From positions 175,708,001-175,772,000 of the forward strand of contig OX597815.1 in NCBI GenBank assembly GCA_951406725.2: DNA of 64,000 nucleotides, in the 5' to 3' direction. Made by a program: the position numbers and the translations under genes. This document shows, one piece after another, positions 39,860 to 53,086 of this stretch. The first letter of the stretch is position 1. Every line of letters begins with the position of its first letter. The notes under the pieces are model-generated. The model did not search any database and was not told the origin of the DNA. It saw only the letters and a list, made by a program, of their open reading frames with translations. Source of the DNA: Octopus vulgaris (lineage: Eukaryota).

Positions 39860-40740
39860 CAGAGAGTGCGATTGGTAAATTGTCGCCATATTATATTTTT
39901 CATTTTACGCATGCGAATTGTTTGTTTTTGTTGACTACACAATAGAGTAGGGTCAGTTGGGCACCGTCTGTGAGAAAAACAACACCATGGCACAATTCAC
40001 TCTACCAAAAATTTGGAAATGACATGCTGTACTGCTTGGCATACACACCGAAAGCTGCAATACGAACATATCAGAGTGTTTGGGTTTCAATCTGAGGATA
40101 GTGTAATCTGAGGACAATGCGATCTGAGTATATGTACCGAGAGTGATAAAAAGCAAACGTCCAGTCAACATCATGGTATTTGGCGTGATCACTAGTGATG
40201 GCGACATTATTCTTCCATTCATCTTTCCACACTGCCTCAGACTCAACACAGAAGCCTACATCAACTGCCTGGAGGAGGTAGTGTTGCACTGGGTCAAGAG
40301 GGTCGCTGCTCGAAGACCCTATGTTTGGCAACAGGACTCTGCATCATGTCACACATAGCAGTCAGAAAATTTCTGCAACCACATCACCCTGAATATCTGG
40401 CCACCTAACTCCCAGACTGCAACTCCCTTGATTATTATGTGTGGGGCGCAGTTGAGCGAGCGACCAGCAGAACTCCTTGTAACACCAAAGATGAACTGAA
40501 GGCAAGGATTATGACAGCATTCACCAACTTTAACAAGATACTGTCCAGAAGATTTGCAGGAGATTCCGAAGTCATCTGGAGGCCGTGGTTGAAGCCAATG
40601 GCGATTTTATTGAATAAATTAACTCTTTAGTATTTCAAGATAATTTTATGTAATTTTGCCAAATATATCTGTTAAAATGAGATGTCAGTGTTGCTTTCAT
40701 TGTTGCGTAATTTAGACGACAGTTTATTCACTGCAACCTG
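39860..40740 (+). mobile_element. Internally deleted Tc1/mariner element (maT/DD37D-like)
   Basis: IMVFGVITSDG, WQQDSASCHT, WPPNSPDCNSLDYYVWG; imperfect TIRs taaattgtcgcc / gacgacagttta...cctg-TA. Confidence 0.88.
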
Positions 40741-40825
40741 TATATAGATACATACATATATACATACATACACACACACACATACACACTGGTATATATA
40801 TTTATATACATACACACACACACAC

Positions 40826-40878
<53 letters not shown>

Positions 40879-40899
40879 CATGTAGATACATATATAAGA

Positions 40900-41615
40900 A
40901 CAAAATTACTCTCTGAAACTTATAAATAATGGAATCACGAAAGCAATGAGATTAGACATCACACATCTTAGGACTCCAAAAGAAAAAAAAAAAAAACGAA
41001 GAAACATATAATTCCATTTATTAAAACATACAATTTTGGAATAACCAATATTTTCCACGTTATACACTCAAACCTACCGATACTCTTACAGAACCCCAAA
41101 ATGAGAAAACTGACAGACAAAAGCTACTTGTGAAATAGTAAACGCCAGGAAAGAAACCTTAAAAACAACTTACAAGAGCAAAATCCACACCTGAGAATGA
41201 AACAGAATACTCCGTAAAGGAATGTGGGGACAGCAGATGTGGAATAACAACAATAACTACAAATATATAGACGGGGACACCCACATAAAATTTGAGAGTG
41301 GATTCTAATTCAAAGTAAATGCAAATATGAACTGCAAGACACAAAACCTCATATGCTGTATTCATTGGCCCAAATGCAAGGGGAATTATATTGGCGAAAC
41401 CAATAATTCCCTTTGCCAACGCGCAAAAATATACAGACAACACACCCGAAAAGAGGAGCTACGGAAAATTCGATTCAGCAAGCATTTGGAAATATGTGGA
41501 GAATGAAAATTCAAGATCTATCCCTTCGACAAATGATTAAGAAACGACCAAAACTCCCGAAAAACAATGGAGCTACACTTCATAAAGAAGTCCTCACCAA
41601 AATTAAACGCTTAAA
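40900..41615 (+). mobile_element. Penelope-like element, GIY-YIG region (pseudogene)
   Basis: KECGDSRC linker; MNCKTQNLICCI...YIGETNNSLCQR; homologous to 58320-58600. Confidence 0.9.
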
Positions 41616-41697
41616 AAAGGGAAACATTTGGAAATATGTGAAGGAAAATTCAAAGTTCCGAAAGATAACAGAACTATATTTCACAAAAAAAGTCCTC

Positions 41698-42110
41698 GAG
41701 TGGCTGTGTGGTAAGTAGCTTGCTAACCAACCACATGGTTCCGGGTTCAGTCCCACTGCGTGGCATCTTGGGCAAGTGTCTTCTGTTATAGCCCCGGGCC
41801 GACCAATGCCTTGTGAGTGGATTTGGTAGACGGAAACTGAAAGCCTGTCGTATATATATATATATATGTGTGTGTGTATGTGTGTGTATGTGTTTGTGTG
41901 TCTGTGTTTGTCCCCTAGCATTGCTTGACAACCGATGCTGGTGTGTTTACGTCCCCGTCACTTAGCGGTTCGGCAAAAGAGACCGATAGAATAAGTACTG
42001 GGCTTACAAAGAATAAGTCCCGGGGTCGATTTGCTCGACTAAAGGCGGTGCTCCAGCATGGCCGCAGTCAAATGACTGAAACAAATAAAAGAGTAAAAAG
42101 AGTAAGAGTA
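41698..42110 (+). mobile_element. Full-length group C (CORE-like, tRNA-derived) SINE with internal microsatellite
   Basis: tggctgtgtggtaag A box, gggttcagtccc B box, cttgggcaagtgtctt CORE-like block, (aaagagt)n tail. Confidence 0.92.
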
Positions 42111-42739
42111 ACAAAAATTAACATTTATATAATTTTTTGAAATTCCACTTCTGAGAATTCTATATGAATTTGATTGTGTATATGTTAAAGATGATCTCAA
42201 ACCATTGCTAAAACTTTTTTACCGCATTGTTGTTGAACCTTGCAAAACATTCCAGATTCCAGAATTCTATAAGAACAGCTGCTTTCCCTCTTCTGTACTT
42301 GTCTCTTTCTCCTTTAGAAAATTCTAGGTTGGAGATTTAAAATATATCCAAAACAAAACAACCAACCATAAATAGAGGAATTCGGAAATATAATTGTGAC
42401 AGCCTTGTGTATTGCTTTTTAAAATTCCATTTTGCAGTCTGAAGGACAAATACTTGGACACAAATCAAGAGTAGTGGCTACTACTTTTCCCAAATCATTT
42501 AACCACAGAGATGAACCTTTAATTATATTAATTATTTAAAAAAAACATAATGTGTACTTATGTACGTGTGGTGCATATATGTGTGCACAAATATGAACGT
42601 GTACATATATAGATCTCATTGAGTGTGTGTGTGTGCTTTTATATATACATGTGTGTATAATTGATGTGTGAACTAAAAAATCACTCTTTCGAAAACGTAG
42701 AATTTCAACGAAAAAAGTTGACCACATGCATATAACTAT

Positions 42740-43090
42740 TCTTTAATGAATACAAAAGAATAAAAAACAAGACCTGGAAATGCAATTATAATTTTTACTG
42801 AAGAAAGTAAAAAACATCTGGTTTTTCAATTAAGAACCATGATAACTACAAAAATTTAACCTCACTCATACAAAAAACCACATCTCTTTACCTCCCCCAC
42901 ATTAATGAATACAGAAGAATACAGAAATGAGACATGGAAATACAGTTATAATTTTTACTGAAGTCAAAAACAACCTTGACCAATTCAAATACAAAAATTC
43001 TTTTTTCCTTCTCCACCATAAAAAGTCACTAAGTACTAAACAAACAAGTCTGACCATACCAATATAAAAGCCACGCCTCTTTACCCCACA
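42740..43090. repeat. Degenerate tandem duplication of a 160-190 bp unit
   Basis: ttaatgaataca...ttataatttttactgaag at about 42743 and 42902; ccac..ctctttacc at about 42878 and 43071. Confidence 0.75.
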
Positions 43091-43272
43091 AATTTTCTAT
43101 ATATATAAAGGCCAGGAAATCTAACTTTAAACCACTTTTTGATAAATCCGATAACGGAAGAAAGCGCTAAAAGTGTAAATATAAAATATATATATAATCA
43201 TCCAACATTCTGACTACCTTATTATTCTAAATATGCAACATCTATACATCACTTTAGAAACGATATATATAT

Positions 43273-43495
43273 AGTCAATACAAACATGAAAACACAAAGA
43301 GAAAACACAACAACGCGAGGACGTGGAACAAGTATAGTGTTTTTGGACGCTCAGGAAAGGAAAGAAAGAAGGAGGATTAAACGCTTCGAACGGAGCTCTT
43401 CGTCAGAAACATAGGAAAAGGAAAGATCCAAGGAAGGGAAGACGGAGGGAAAAAATCGCCGATGGTACACACGCGGTCATAATTAAAAATACACA
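43273..43495 (-). mobile_element. PLE pseudo-LTR-like short repeat carrying a hammerhead motif
   Basis: Inverted homologue at 52838-53008; ends at (TA)n. Confidence 0.7.
43377..43411 (-). ncRNA. Minimal hammerhead motif, one core change
   Basis: Minus strand ttt-CTGACGA-agagctccgttc-GAAGcgtt-taa; GAAA appears as GAAG. Confidence 0.55.
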
Positions 43496-45936
43496 TTAAG
43501 TACAGGACATCACCAGCGAGTGAAATATACGTAAAGAAACAGAGATAAGTACGGGACAAAATAGCAAAAGAGTCTAACTCCTCCTCAGTTGTCGACTGTT
43601 TATTTCTACCTATTTCGTGCTTTCCATGACAAGACAAGAAAACATCATAAGACAGCAGCATCCAGAAATTTTAAAAATATAAAATTTATGGAGAGTGAGG
43701 GCTTCGAACGCACAAACGACACCAGAGTGGACATACAGAGTAAACAATTGACGAAGACTGACATTAAGGGCTGTTAGGCCAAGACTCATTGTAATGGGTA
43801 ACGCATGGGAAAAAATTTGAAAGGATACAGAATTGAGAAAAATTAGTAGAAGAGAAAAAATATTTTCGCCCACTCTAAGAACCACGTATTTTATGACCGA
43901 TTTAGGTAAACGATATGGAAAAGTTTAAAGAGTATGAATCAGGATAAAGTTTTATCTATAGAAAATATTTCCAAAGGAAAAGTATTCCATGTTTCCATCA
44001 AATTACTAATAAATGAACAGTTTAATACAAAAATCTTATGAAGTCAGATTCCGATCTTCTATTTTCCATTCTTAAATTATGCATCGTACAAATAGTATTG
44101 TTATCCCCCTCATACACATACGCACCCTCTCACCTTCACATAACATCAGAGAAGTTTAAATAAGTTATGTATTTTTCTTTACATCATCAAGATAGCTATC
44201 TGTATTCATTGATTTATTGATTTGAAATTCTTCGTAAATTTACTCAGTTCTTGAAGCAAGAAAAATATAGCTTCCTGTCAAATGAACCACGTACAACTGC
44301 AAAAATATTTTTACTTAAAATGCATAAATATTCTAATATGCCTTATACTTGATTAACTTTTATGTTTACAAATAGCAAAGTGAAGTGAAATTTTATAACG
44401 TGACGGTGTTGGTGGCTATACTATTTCCATTCTCCATACACTAGGAAACAGGAGGAGGAAATAATTATTTCTAACACTTGCACAAGTTAATACCCGAGTT
44501 GCATTCTTGCTGTTTACTGTTTAAATGAAATATACTAAAAGGTGACAGTTCCAGCAAAATTCTTAATAATCTAGTTGGTTAAACCAGCAGGTGTTTTACA
44601 GAAATTTTACGGAAATAGAAGAAAAAAAAACCGGAAAAAAAAACCAACAACCAAAGACTAATGAAATAGTATAAAAATGTTTGAGTAACTTTTATCAGCA
44701 AGATACCGTTCTAGAACATTTATCCTCAAGCAAGAATTATTCACATTCCAAACCTGAAGGCCACACAAAGCATGAATAAATCGATAATATTAACCCTGCA
44801 GCTTAACTAATAAAACGAAAGTGGATTAGTTCTAAAGATTATGTTTTCTTTTACAGACAGAATGGAATAATATTGGTTATTAATTAATACTTTTTCGCCC
44901 TAAGGACTTGTCTGGAACTTCATTCTTAAAAGAACTTGTAACTGTAATTGTAATTTGGGCCTTGAGTACTAGATGATAAAAAATATAACTCACTAGATCC
45001 AGTAAGTATCGTAATTCTAAAGTGTTGGTTAAGAGTTCTAATCAAATTTAGAGTGAATGTCATCCACCAATGTTGTTATCACCGACTAATTAATGATTAT
45101 AGTCTTAAATATGAGTACAAGGGACAAAAATTTGGTCAATTCATTGAATTGCGCCAAACTATATTGTTGCTATCGATTTTATCGACCCAGGTATTTAAAA
45201 GGCAAAGACGGCTTCGGCAGCAATTGAACTTATAAGCGAAGCAGGTACACTACTGGCTTTAAGGAATGTTTTTCCACGCAGGCCCCTTGCAATTGATTTA
45301 GAAATAATATAGACAAATTATACAATTATAACATACACATTATTTAAATCGATGGTCCGGCGACAATCGACCTCTCTGTGCCGTTTTCATTTCACTGACG
45401 TCAAACAATTCCGTAGTCTCGGAATACACGGGAAATAAAGCAAACAGCAATGTAACTTTACTAATAAAGATACAATGTTCTAAATTCATAGAATAAGGGA
45501 TGAGATATTAAGACACTGAAACCTTCGTCGAATATATCAGTGGTGCAAGGCAAACATGTTGAATCTATTTCCGGTATGCGCATATAAATACAATCATCGC
45601 CTTTAAACCACACCTTACTTATGCAAATGATGTGATGTCCATTTGACCATGTATCTCTTCGATCAAAAATGACCTCAGGCTAAATTTCAACACAGATACA
45701 TATTTAGATCCAAGTGAAACTAATATTACATCGTTCATTACATTATTCTATGGATACAAATGTAAAGGTGGATACAGTTGCCGGAACAAACGACAGAAGT
45801 TTTCTCAAAGAATGAAGGAAATATTTTCCTTCCGAAATCATTCGACATTACCAGCGCACATGAAAGTATATTTTATTTTCACTGGGTTCACATATTTTGT
45901 TCCCTCTCACTTTTGCTGCATATTTCTGCTCAAAAC

Positions 45937-45979
<43 letters not shown>

Positions 45980-48349
45980 GTCTGTCTGTCTGTCTGTCTG
46001 TCTATGGTATTCTATGTGTACATATATGTGTGTGTATATTTGTATATTACAATAATTTCGACCCCCACCCCTCCCACATGTTCGTATCTATAAATCTTAC
46101 GTAATTGTGAGTTATATCTGTACATTCTCTGCGCTGCAGTTGGTCCCCCTTCATATATTCATATGCCCCTACTTCCAAGGTAAAACAGGGTGACCCGCCT
46201 TATTGATTCATTGTATATTTAATTTTGTAAAACGATCAAACATCAACAGGAAATTGGCTGGTGGATCTGCAGCAAACTAACAGATAAAGAAAAAATAATT
46301 TTCTTAAGTTGGCATAAAAATATACCAGATGTCACTTGAGAACCGATCATATCTCTACAATAAGCCTCTTCATCCTTCAGTTATGATATAGCTATGTGAT
46401 AAGAAAATCTCTATCTACTTTGATATAAAATGTTTTAATTAATTCCATTTTGTTTTTGTATACTTCTTATACACCAGATGTTTCCCCAGGTGTAGTTAAG
46501 CCAGATTTTGATTATTAAATTATTTTATAGCGATAACATTATACAACTAAAATAAAATGGAACATGTTATCTGTTCAGATTATAACTGATGGTAAGAAAA
46601 CCAACAAACTTGTTTTAAAGTAACATGCTTTATATTAGAAGTTGAGTAAAACACGTCGAAATACTAACCTGAAATATTCCGTCGTGTAATTATATAATAT
46701 TTCAAAGATTTAAAAGATAAATCCGTTAGCTATGTTTTGTATCACTTTCCTGATCTAAATTTATACGGCTAATATTTTTATCTGTATTATAGTGAGTGTG
46801 TTAGAGTAAAATGTAAGCTAAGAGGAACCTAGATTTTCGCTAAATTTCAACTGCTTGTTGCAGTCGTGTTTATTACATTCACACTAGTTTGGCTTTTTTA
46901 AAGCTATGTACATCACAAACACAAATATTTCCTTCTCCGATAAAATCGAAACCATTTAATTGCCCATCAAATAAACAGATCGAATTATATTTTCAGTTTC
47001 TCAGATATATTTACAAGAAGAAAACTGAAATCTTGAGTATATTTTCTGTATATACTTGTAAATGTTTAATCCAACTTTATGGAATGGTAATCAGCATTTG
47101 ATTTTCTCGAGTTCTTGTAAATATTGTATTATAGTTTTTTGATCTTGGATTTTAGCAATACAGTAAGTTCTTACCCGTATTCAGTTAGTTACGAGCCAAA
47201 AATTTTACACGAGTGTCTCTAAGATATAAGTGTGTTTGATGTGTATGCTAAAGTCTGCACTCACACAGATGGGGACATTAATATCTTGTTTCGATTATCG
47301 GTTCAGGTTTATGACAGTTATACACTTGGTTATTGAATGCAAAGTTGAAAAATGCTTAATTCATGATGCAGCAGCGTATTATGCAAATAATATGGCTAAC
47401 GCCAGATCTGTTAACCATAATATTTGGATATTAAGCAACTATTTAAACAAATCAATAATCAACACCTCCAACGACCCTCTTTCACAATCTTGCTTTCTCT
47501 CTCTTTTCTCTCTTTATGTGTGTGTGTGTGTATACTGCATTGGAATAAACTGCTTGATCCTGTTGCTAATTTAGTGCAATTATTTTACCGGTGGGAGGAG
47601 GGGCAAGGTTGATTAGCCGAATCATTAGTGTGTAGGACCCATAGCTTGTGAATATTTATACTAATTACTTATAATTTGAGTTCAAATTCCGTGGAGGTTA
47701 ACACAAGGTTCCATCCATCTGGAGTTTACAAAATAAGTGCCGATACTGATTCTTCTCTCTCTATCTTCCTCCCTCTCTCTCTCGCATACGCATAATTGGC
47801 AGCACTGTGAGTAAACCCAGAGAACCAGTTATAATATTCCTTTCGTCCAAAACAACCAATTCCATTTGATTGCAGTGGAGGAGAATGGCCACTGAGGGTT
47901 TGGTAAAGTATGAGGATGAATAAAAGCTACAAATATTTTAAACAGGGAATCGAGTTTCTGTTACATTCTTGGTTCTTTTAGTGCTTACAAAGTCTACTGC
48001 GGTACTCGGAGTATGCAGGCATATTCACGAGCTCTCTTACTAATGGCTACCCTTTTTAACTATTTGGTTGGCTCCCAGGTCAGATAAGCTAAGTTAATTT
48101 GAGTAGAGCTTTATAAGTTTATTGTTTGCGTATGCTACGATATTCTTACATTCTCTCGATTCCCTGTAATTCAGACAGCTTCATGGTCCCAGCAGACAAA
48201 ATGGAAAAGGTGTCTCCCCAGAGTATAGCTAAAAAGATGCTCTGGAACAGCCACTCTGCCTCGATTGCGGTATCCGGGGACATGGTCCGGGGGCCGAGAA
48301 CACCGGAGGTCTAAACTTATGATAACAATATTGTTATTTATTAAAGGTT

Positions 48350-49560
48350 CTTTTGATGATTAAATTTTTTTTATGTACAACTCTTTGGCTATAAATAGGT
48401 GGAATTAGTATCCATGGAACAGAATATTCTTATTTATCTGACGAGAGCTTTCCACAGATCTACAAATGTATTGAACAAGTTTTCTTGCTGTCACCTGTAT
48501 TTCTTTTTATCCTTTATCTCAAACATCTGATCATCTCTGCGTCGGACTGGATTGCCTCTATTTTTCGAACAAACGTGTCTCACTTGTACGCTTTTCTCGT
48601 TGTCGCAAAGCATCAGGCCAGGATGTCAATAGTCGGCGAAACGCATAAGTGGGGATCACAATATTCACTGTTCCAGTTATGGTATTTTCCCGCCTGGCTG
48701 AGGATTGTATGTGTTCATTCAACTATATAATGGTGACCCCTGTGAAGAGCAGTGCTGACTCGACGCTATCTACCGTTCAGAATATTTCTGTTCGTCCGCA
48801 GATAGGAATAATAGCCATAGTGGAGACGCGTTTGGGGCTCTTGGTCAAAGCACGGCGCATCTGCTGGTCCTCTTTATTTATTGTTGGTAGTGTGCAGCCT
48901 AGAAGAGTTTTTGGAAGTTAATGAGTTTAATGATGCTGCAGCTATCTTTGAGAATATCTATTTTGTTTGTCCACATTGAGTGGAAAAGTGTGTATTTAAA
49001 GTACAGTACTGTAGTAATGGAGGCGCAATGGCCCAGTGGTTACGGCATCGGATTCATGGTTTTGATTCCCAGACTGGGCGTTGTGAGTGTTTATTGAGCG
49101 AAACACCTAAAGCGCCACGAAGCTCCGGCAGGGGCTCGTGGAGAACCCTGTTGTATTTTTTCACCACAACTTTCTCTCACTCTTTTTTCCTGTTTCTGTT
49201 GTGCCTGTATTTCAAAGGGCCAGCCTTGTCACACTCTGTGTCACGCCGAATCTCTCCGAGAACTACGTAAAGGGTAGACGTGTCTGTGGAGTGCTCAGCC
49301 ACTTGCACGTTAATTTCACGAGCAGGCTGTTCCGTCGATCGGACCAACTCGAACCCTCGTCGTCGCAACCGACGGATTGCCACGACTGTAGTAATGATCG
49401 ATGCTCGGATTCTTGAAAGTGACAGCAGAAACAGTGAAGGTTGAAGTTTGCTGCAGTGGCACATAATGGTCGATGCAATTCCAAGTAGTCTTTCATCTTT
49501 GGTATGTTTTAGTTTTCTGAGGAAGCCTGTTGGCGTTGTTCTTCGATAAACTACGACGAC
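48350..49560 (-). mobile_element. Possible very old CR1/L2-type LINE remnant interrupted by a SINE
   Basis: Faint similarity to the LEY...W.P and RR.R.D RT-tail motifs only. Confidence 0.3.
49020..49384 (+). mobile_element. Group H SINE with tail type 2 and 12-bp TSD
   Basis: TSD actgtagtaatg at 49008-49019 and 49385-49396. Confidence 0.93.
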
Positions 49561-50018
49561 GGGTTGTGTATTCTTTGGCGTTCTTTATAGAATATTCTAA
49601 AGTAATTACAGGCCTATACAGGAGTGGTGCAGTGCATGACGGATCTTATTGTATCGTTTCGAGGCAATTGCTGTTTCTCTCTGCGAGTATTTTATGCAAG
49701 TTTATGCTTCGTTCAGCTTTCTTTGCTCGATGCATTCTTTGTAAGCTGCAAGTGTTCCATGGTTCTATTGTTAACTGAAATCAGAATGTCTTCGATTTTG
49801 GCGTGTGTGTGTACGAGCGCGCGTGTGTCTGTAAGCGTGATCTGTTTTCTAATGTTCTTGGTTGGAGCTAATTTACATAGTTTTTGAGATTTCATACATA
49901 CTTACACACACACATATACACAATATGCATATTTATATAAATTATGCATACCTGAAGTAAATAATAAATATGCATATACTATATCTATCTATCTGTCTGT
50001 CTATTTGACTGTCTGTCA

Positions 50019-50056
<38 letters not shown>

Positions 50057-50650
50057 TCATCCATCCGTCTACCAAACTGCCTGTCTGTTTTGATCTATCT
50101 ATCTGACTGCGTCTGTCTATCTCGATCTAACTATATCTATCTATCTGTTTGTCTGTCAGTGTCTATCTTGATCGATTTGTCTGTCTGTCTATCCATCTAT
50201 CTGACTGTCTGTCTGTCTGTCAGTGTCTATTTTGATCTATTTATCTATCTATCTATCTATCGAACTTTCCAAATTACGTTGTAAGATGAAATTTTTTAAC
50301 AGTTCTAAGTCTTTAACAGTTTTACCAGCGTACGTATGTGTATATATGTGAATGTATGTAGATGTATGTATGTATGAATATAACGCGTGCGTGCGTGTAT
50401 GTGTATGAGTGTACGAATGAATGTGTGTGCGTGCGAATGAGCGTGCGTGCGTGAGTGAGTGCTTGTGTTCGAGTAGAAAGATAAATGGACTTGCTGTCGT
50501 CCCCAGGGGGACGATAGCCAAGATGCTTGTGACCGCGGTCAAAGATAACAAAAGTAATAAATGAAAATAATAATAAAATTAAAATAAGGGAATGGGTTTG
50601 TATGTGTATGTATATGTGTGTATGTGTAGGTATGTATAGGTACACATATG

Positions 50651-50681
<31 letters not shown>

Positions 50682-50801
50682 GTGTATATATGGAAATGTG
50701 TGTGCATGTGTGTATGTATATATGTGTGTGTATGTGTGTATGTGTATGTGTGTGTATGTATATATTTGTATGTATATGTATGTGTGGGCGTGTGTGTATA
50801 T

Positions 50802-50861
<60 letters not shown>

Positions 50862-50910
50862 ATGTGTGTGTGTGTGTGTGTATATATATACATATGTGTA
50901 TATGTATAAG

Positions 50911-51258
50911 TGAGAGTCTCCTTATTTACCTAAAACTCTATTCTTCTATTTATTTTTTTTATTCTTTTATTTATTCTTTTATCTACTTTACCACTGACTC
51001 CTTGACCACTCCCCTAAGTATGATATTTTTGCGCTATGCCTACCCCCCAAAAAGTCCCCCACCACCACTACCCCTTTAAACCTGCCTAAATGTATAAATG
51101 CCAAAACAATTCTTGTTAACTAGCTTCCTGATGATTTCTCTTGAATGAAACAGTTCTAGTCCTGTAGAAGCTCCTTCTATATAATAAATTAATTTTACTC
51201 TGCTATGTATTGAGTACCTTATTTACTGTGGTTAACCCCGAATCAACCCGGGACCTAC
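50911..51258 (+). mobile_element. Microsatellite-flanked PLE pseudo-LTR-like cassette
   Basis: Bounded by TA-rich microsatellites; tataaat about 30 nt before a hammerhead; aataaa after it. Confidence 0.6.
51122..51172 (+). ncRNA. Type I hammerhead ribozyme, canonical core
   Basis: Stem I agcttc/gaagct; CTGATGA; stem II ttc-tctt-gaa with a U.U first pair; GAAA; stem III cag/ctg; GUA cleavage triplet. Confidence 0.8.
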
Positions 51259-51280
51259 ATATATATATATATATATATAT

Positions 51281-51793
51281 ACAAATATAAGGGTAAATAA
51301 TTATTAATTTAAAAATTAATAAATTTTACCAAGTAGTTTCGGTATGTAAAGAGAACCATTATCGGTAGGCACTTTTACAAAAAGTTCTTAAGGGTTAAGC
51401 AACAAGTTGCTTCACCACATACCGAAAATTTAGAAATAGCAGCCAAAGACAGATTATTCCTTTTTACTACAGATATTACTCAACAGATAACAATATTTGT
51501 AACTCACATAGGCAAAAGAAGAAAAATAACGAAATCACACAGTCTTCGATTAATTGTGGATGCGTTTCCGAGTTAGAATTATACCCGGAAACAGGAATTT
51601 GTATAATTCTAACTCGGAAACGCGTCCACAATTAATCGAAGACTGTTTGATTTCGTTATTTTTCTTCTTTTGCCTATGTGAGTTACAAATATTGTTATCT
51701 GTGGAGTAATATCTGTAGTAAAAAGGAATAAGCTGTCTTTGGCTGCTATTTCTAAATTTTCGGTATGTGGTGAAGCAACTTGTTGCTTAACCC

Positions 51794-51843
<50 letters not shown>

Positions 51844-52146
51844 CACCGTGACCGACCAGGCTATCAGATGTTGCTACACATCGCAGGTCACAATGCGCTT
51901 CGCATCGTTTTTTAGCCTTCAAATAACGCCACCCCGCAGGCTAAGCGAGCAGGCCAACAGAAGAAAGAGTGAGAGAAAGTTGTGGCGAAAGAGTACAGCA
52001 GGGATCGCCACCATCCCCTACCGGAGCTTCGTGGACCTTTTGGGTGTTTTCGGTCAATAAACACTCACAACGCCCGGCACGGGAATCGAAACCGCGATCC
52101 TACGATCGTAGGTCCGTTGCCCTAACCACTAGGCCATTGCGCCTCC

Positions 52147-52187
<41 letters not shown>

Positions 52188-52309
52188 CACATATACATAT
52201 ATATAAAACGTTTTGTTAAAGTTCCTACCGATAATGGTTCTCTTTACATACCGAAACTACATGCTAAAATTTATTAATTTTTAAATTAATAATTATTTAC
52301 CCTTATATT

Positions 52310-52312
<3 letters not shown>
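51281..52312. repeat. Inverted repeat with about 305-bp arms and 16-nt loop; right arm split by microsatellites and a SINE
   Basis: 51388-51584 pairs with 51601-51797; 51281-51387 pairs with 52205-52312. Confidence 0.95.
51843..52146 (-). mobile_element. Group H SINE with tail type 3
   Basis: ggaggcgcaatggcctagtggttagg tRNA-like head on the minus strand. Confidence 0.9.
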
Positions 52313-52366
<54 letters not shown>

Positions 52367-52395
52367 ATATCTATCTATCTATATATATATATCTA

Positions 52396-52495
<100 letters not shown>

Positions 52496-52707
52496 CATAC
52501 GTCTGTATGAGTTAGAGGTTAAAGGTTAAACAACCATCTAAGGCATAATAAAGATCCAATATACTGCAGGATGTATACCTATGTATTTATATCCAAATGC
52601 TTACTGTTGTAGGGCAGCTGCGCAATTGAACAATAGGCATGAGTGGGGGTAAAACAGAAATCTACCCAGACTTTATGAGGCAAAGAAGAAAACGGAGAAG
52701 ATAATCA

Positions 52708-52789
52708 ATCAACAAACCTCAGAGCCCTGCAAACATCCATTAAGAAACAGAACCAAATGAATGTTTGCAGGGGTCTGAGGTTTGTTGAT
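52708..52789. repeat. 34-bp stem, 14-nt loop hairpin
   Basis: atcaacaaacctcagagccctgcaaacatccatt against its reverse complement, 2 mismatches. Confidence 0.93.
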
Positions 52790-52837
52790 CCATTACCTTC
52801 CTCTTTGCCCTACAATATATATATATATAAAGGTCTT

Positions 52838-53008
52838 TCAAAATGTGACCCCGTGTGTACCGTTGGCGATTTTTTTCCCTCTGTCTTCCCTTCTCTGGAT
52901 CTTTCCTTCTCTTATGTTTCCTTCTTTCCCGAGCGTCCAATAATACTATATTTGTTCCAAGTCCTCGCGTTGTTGTGTTTTTTTGTGCTTTCTTGTTTGG
53001 ATTAACTA
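52838..53008 (+). mobile_element. Copy of the 43273-43495 repeat lacking the hammerhead
   Basis: Colinear on both sides of junction 52920/52921. Confidence 0.75.
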
Positions 53009-53027
53009 TATATATATATATATATAT

Positions 53028-53079
<52 letters not shown>

Positions 53080-53086
<7 letters not shown>

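Noticed and set aside
52070-52146. tRNA-Arg-like sequence on the minus strand
   Set aside because: It continues into a SINE body shared with other copies, and the acceptor stem is not intact
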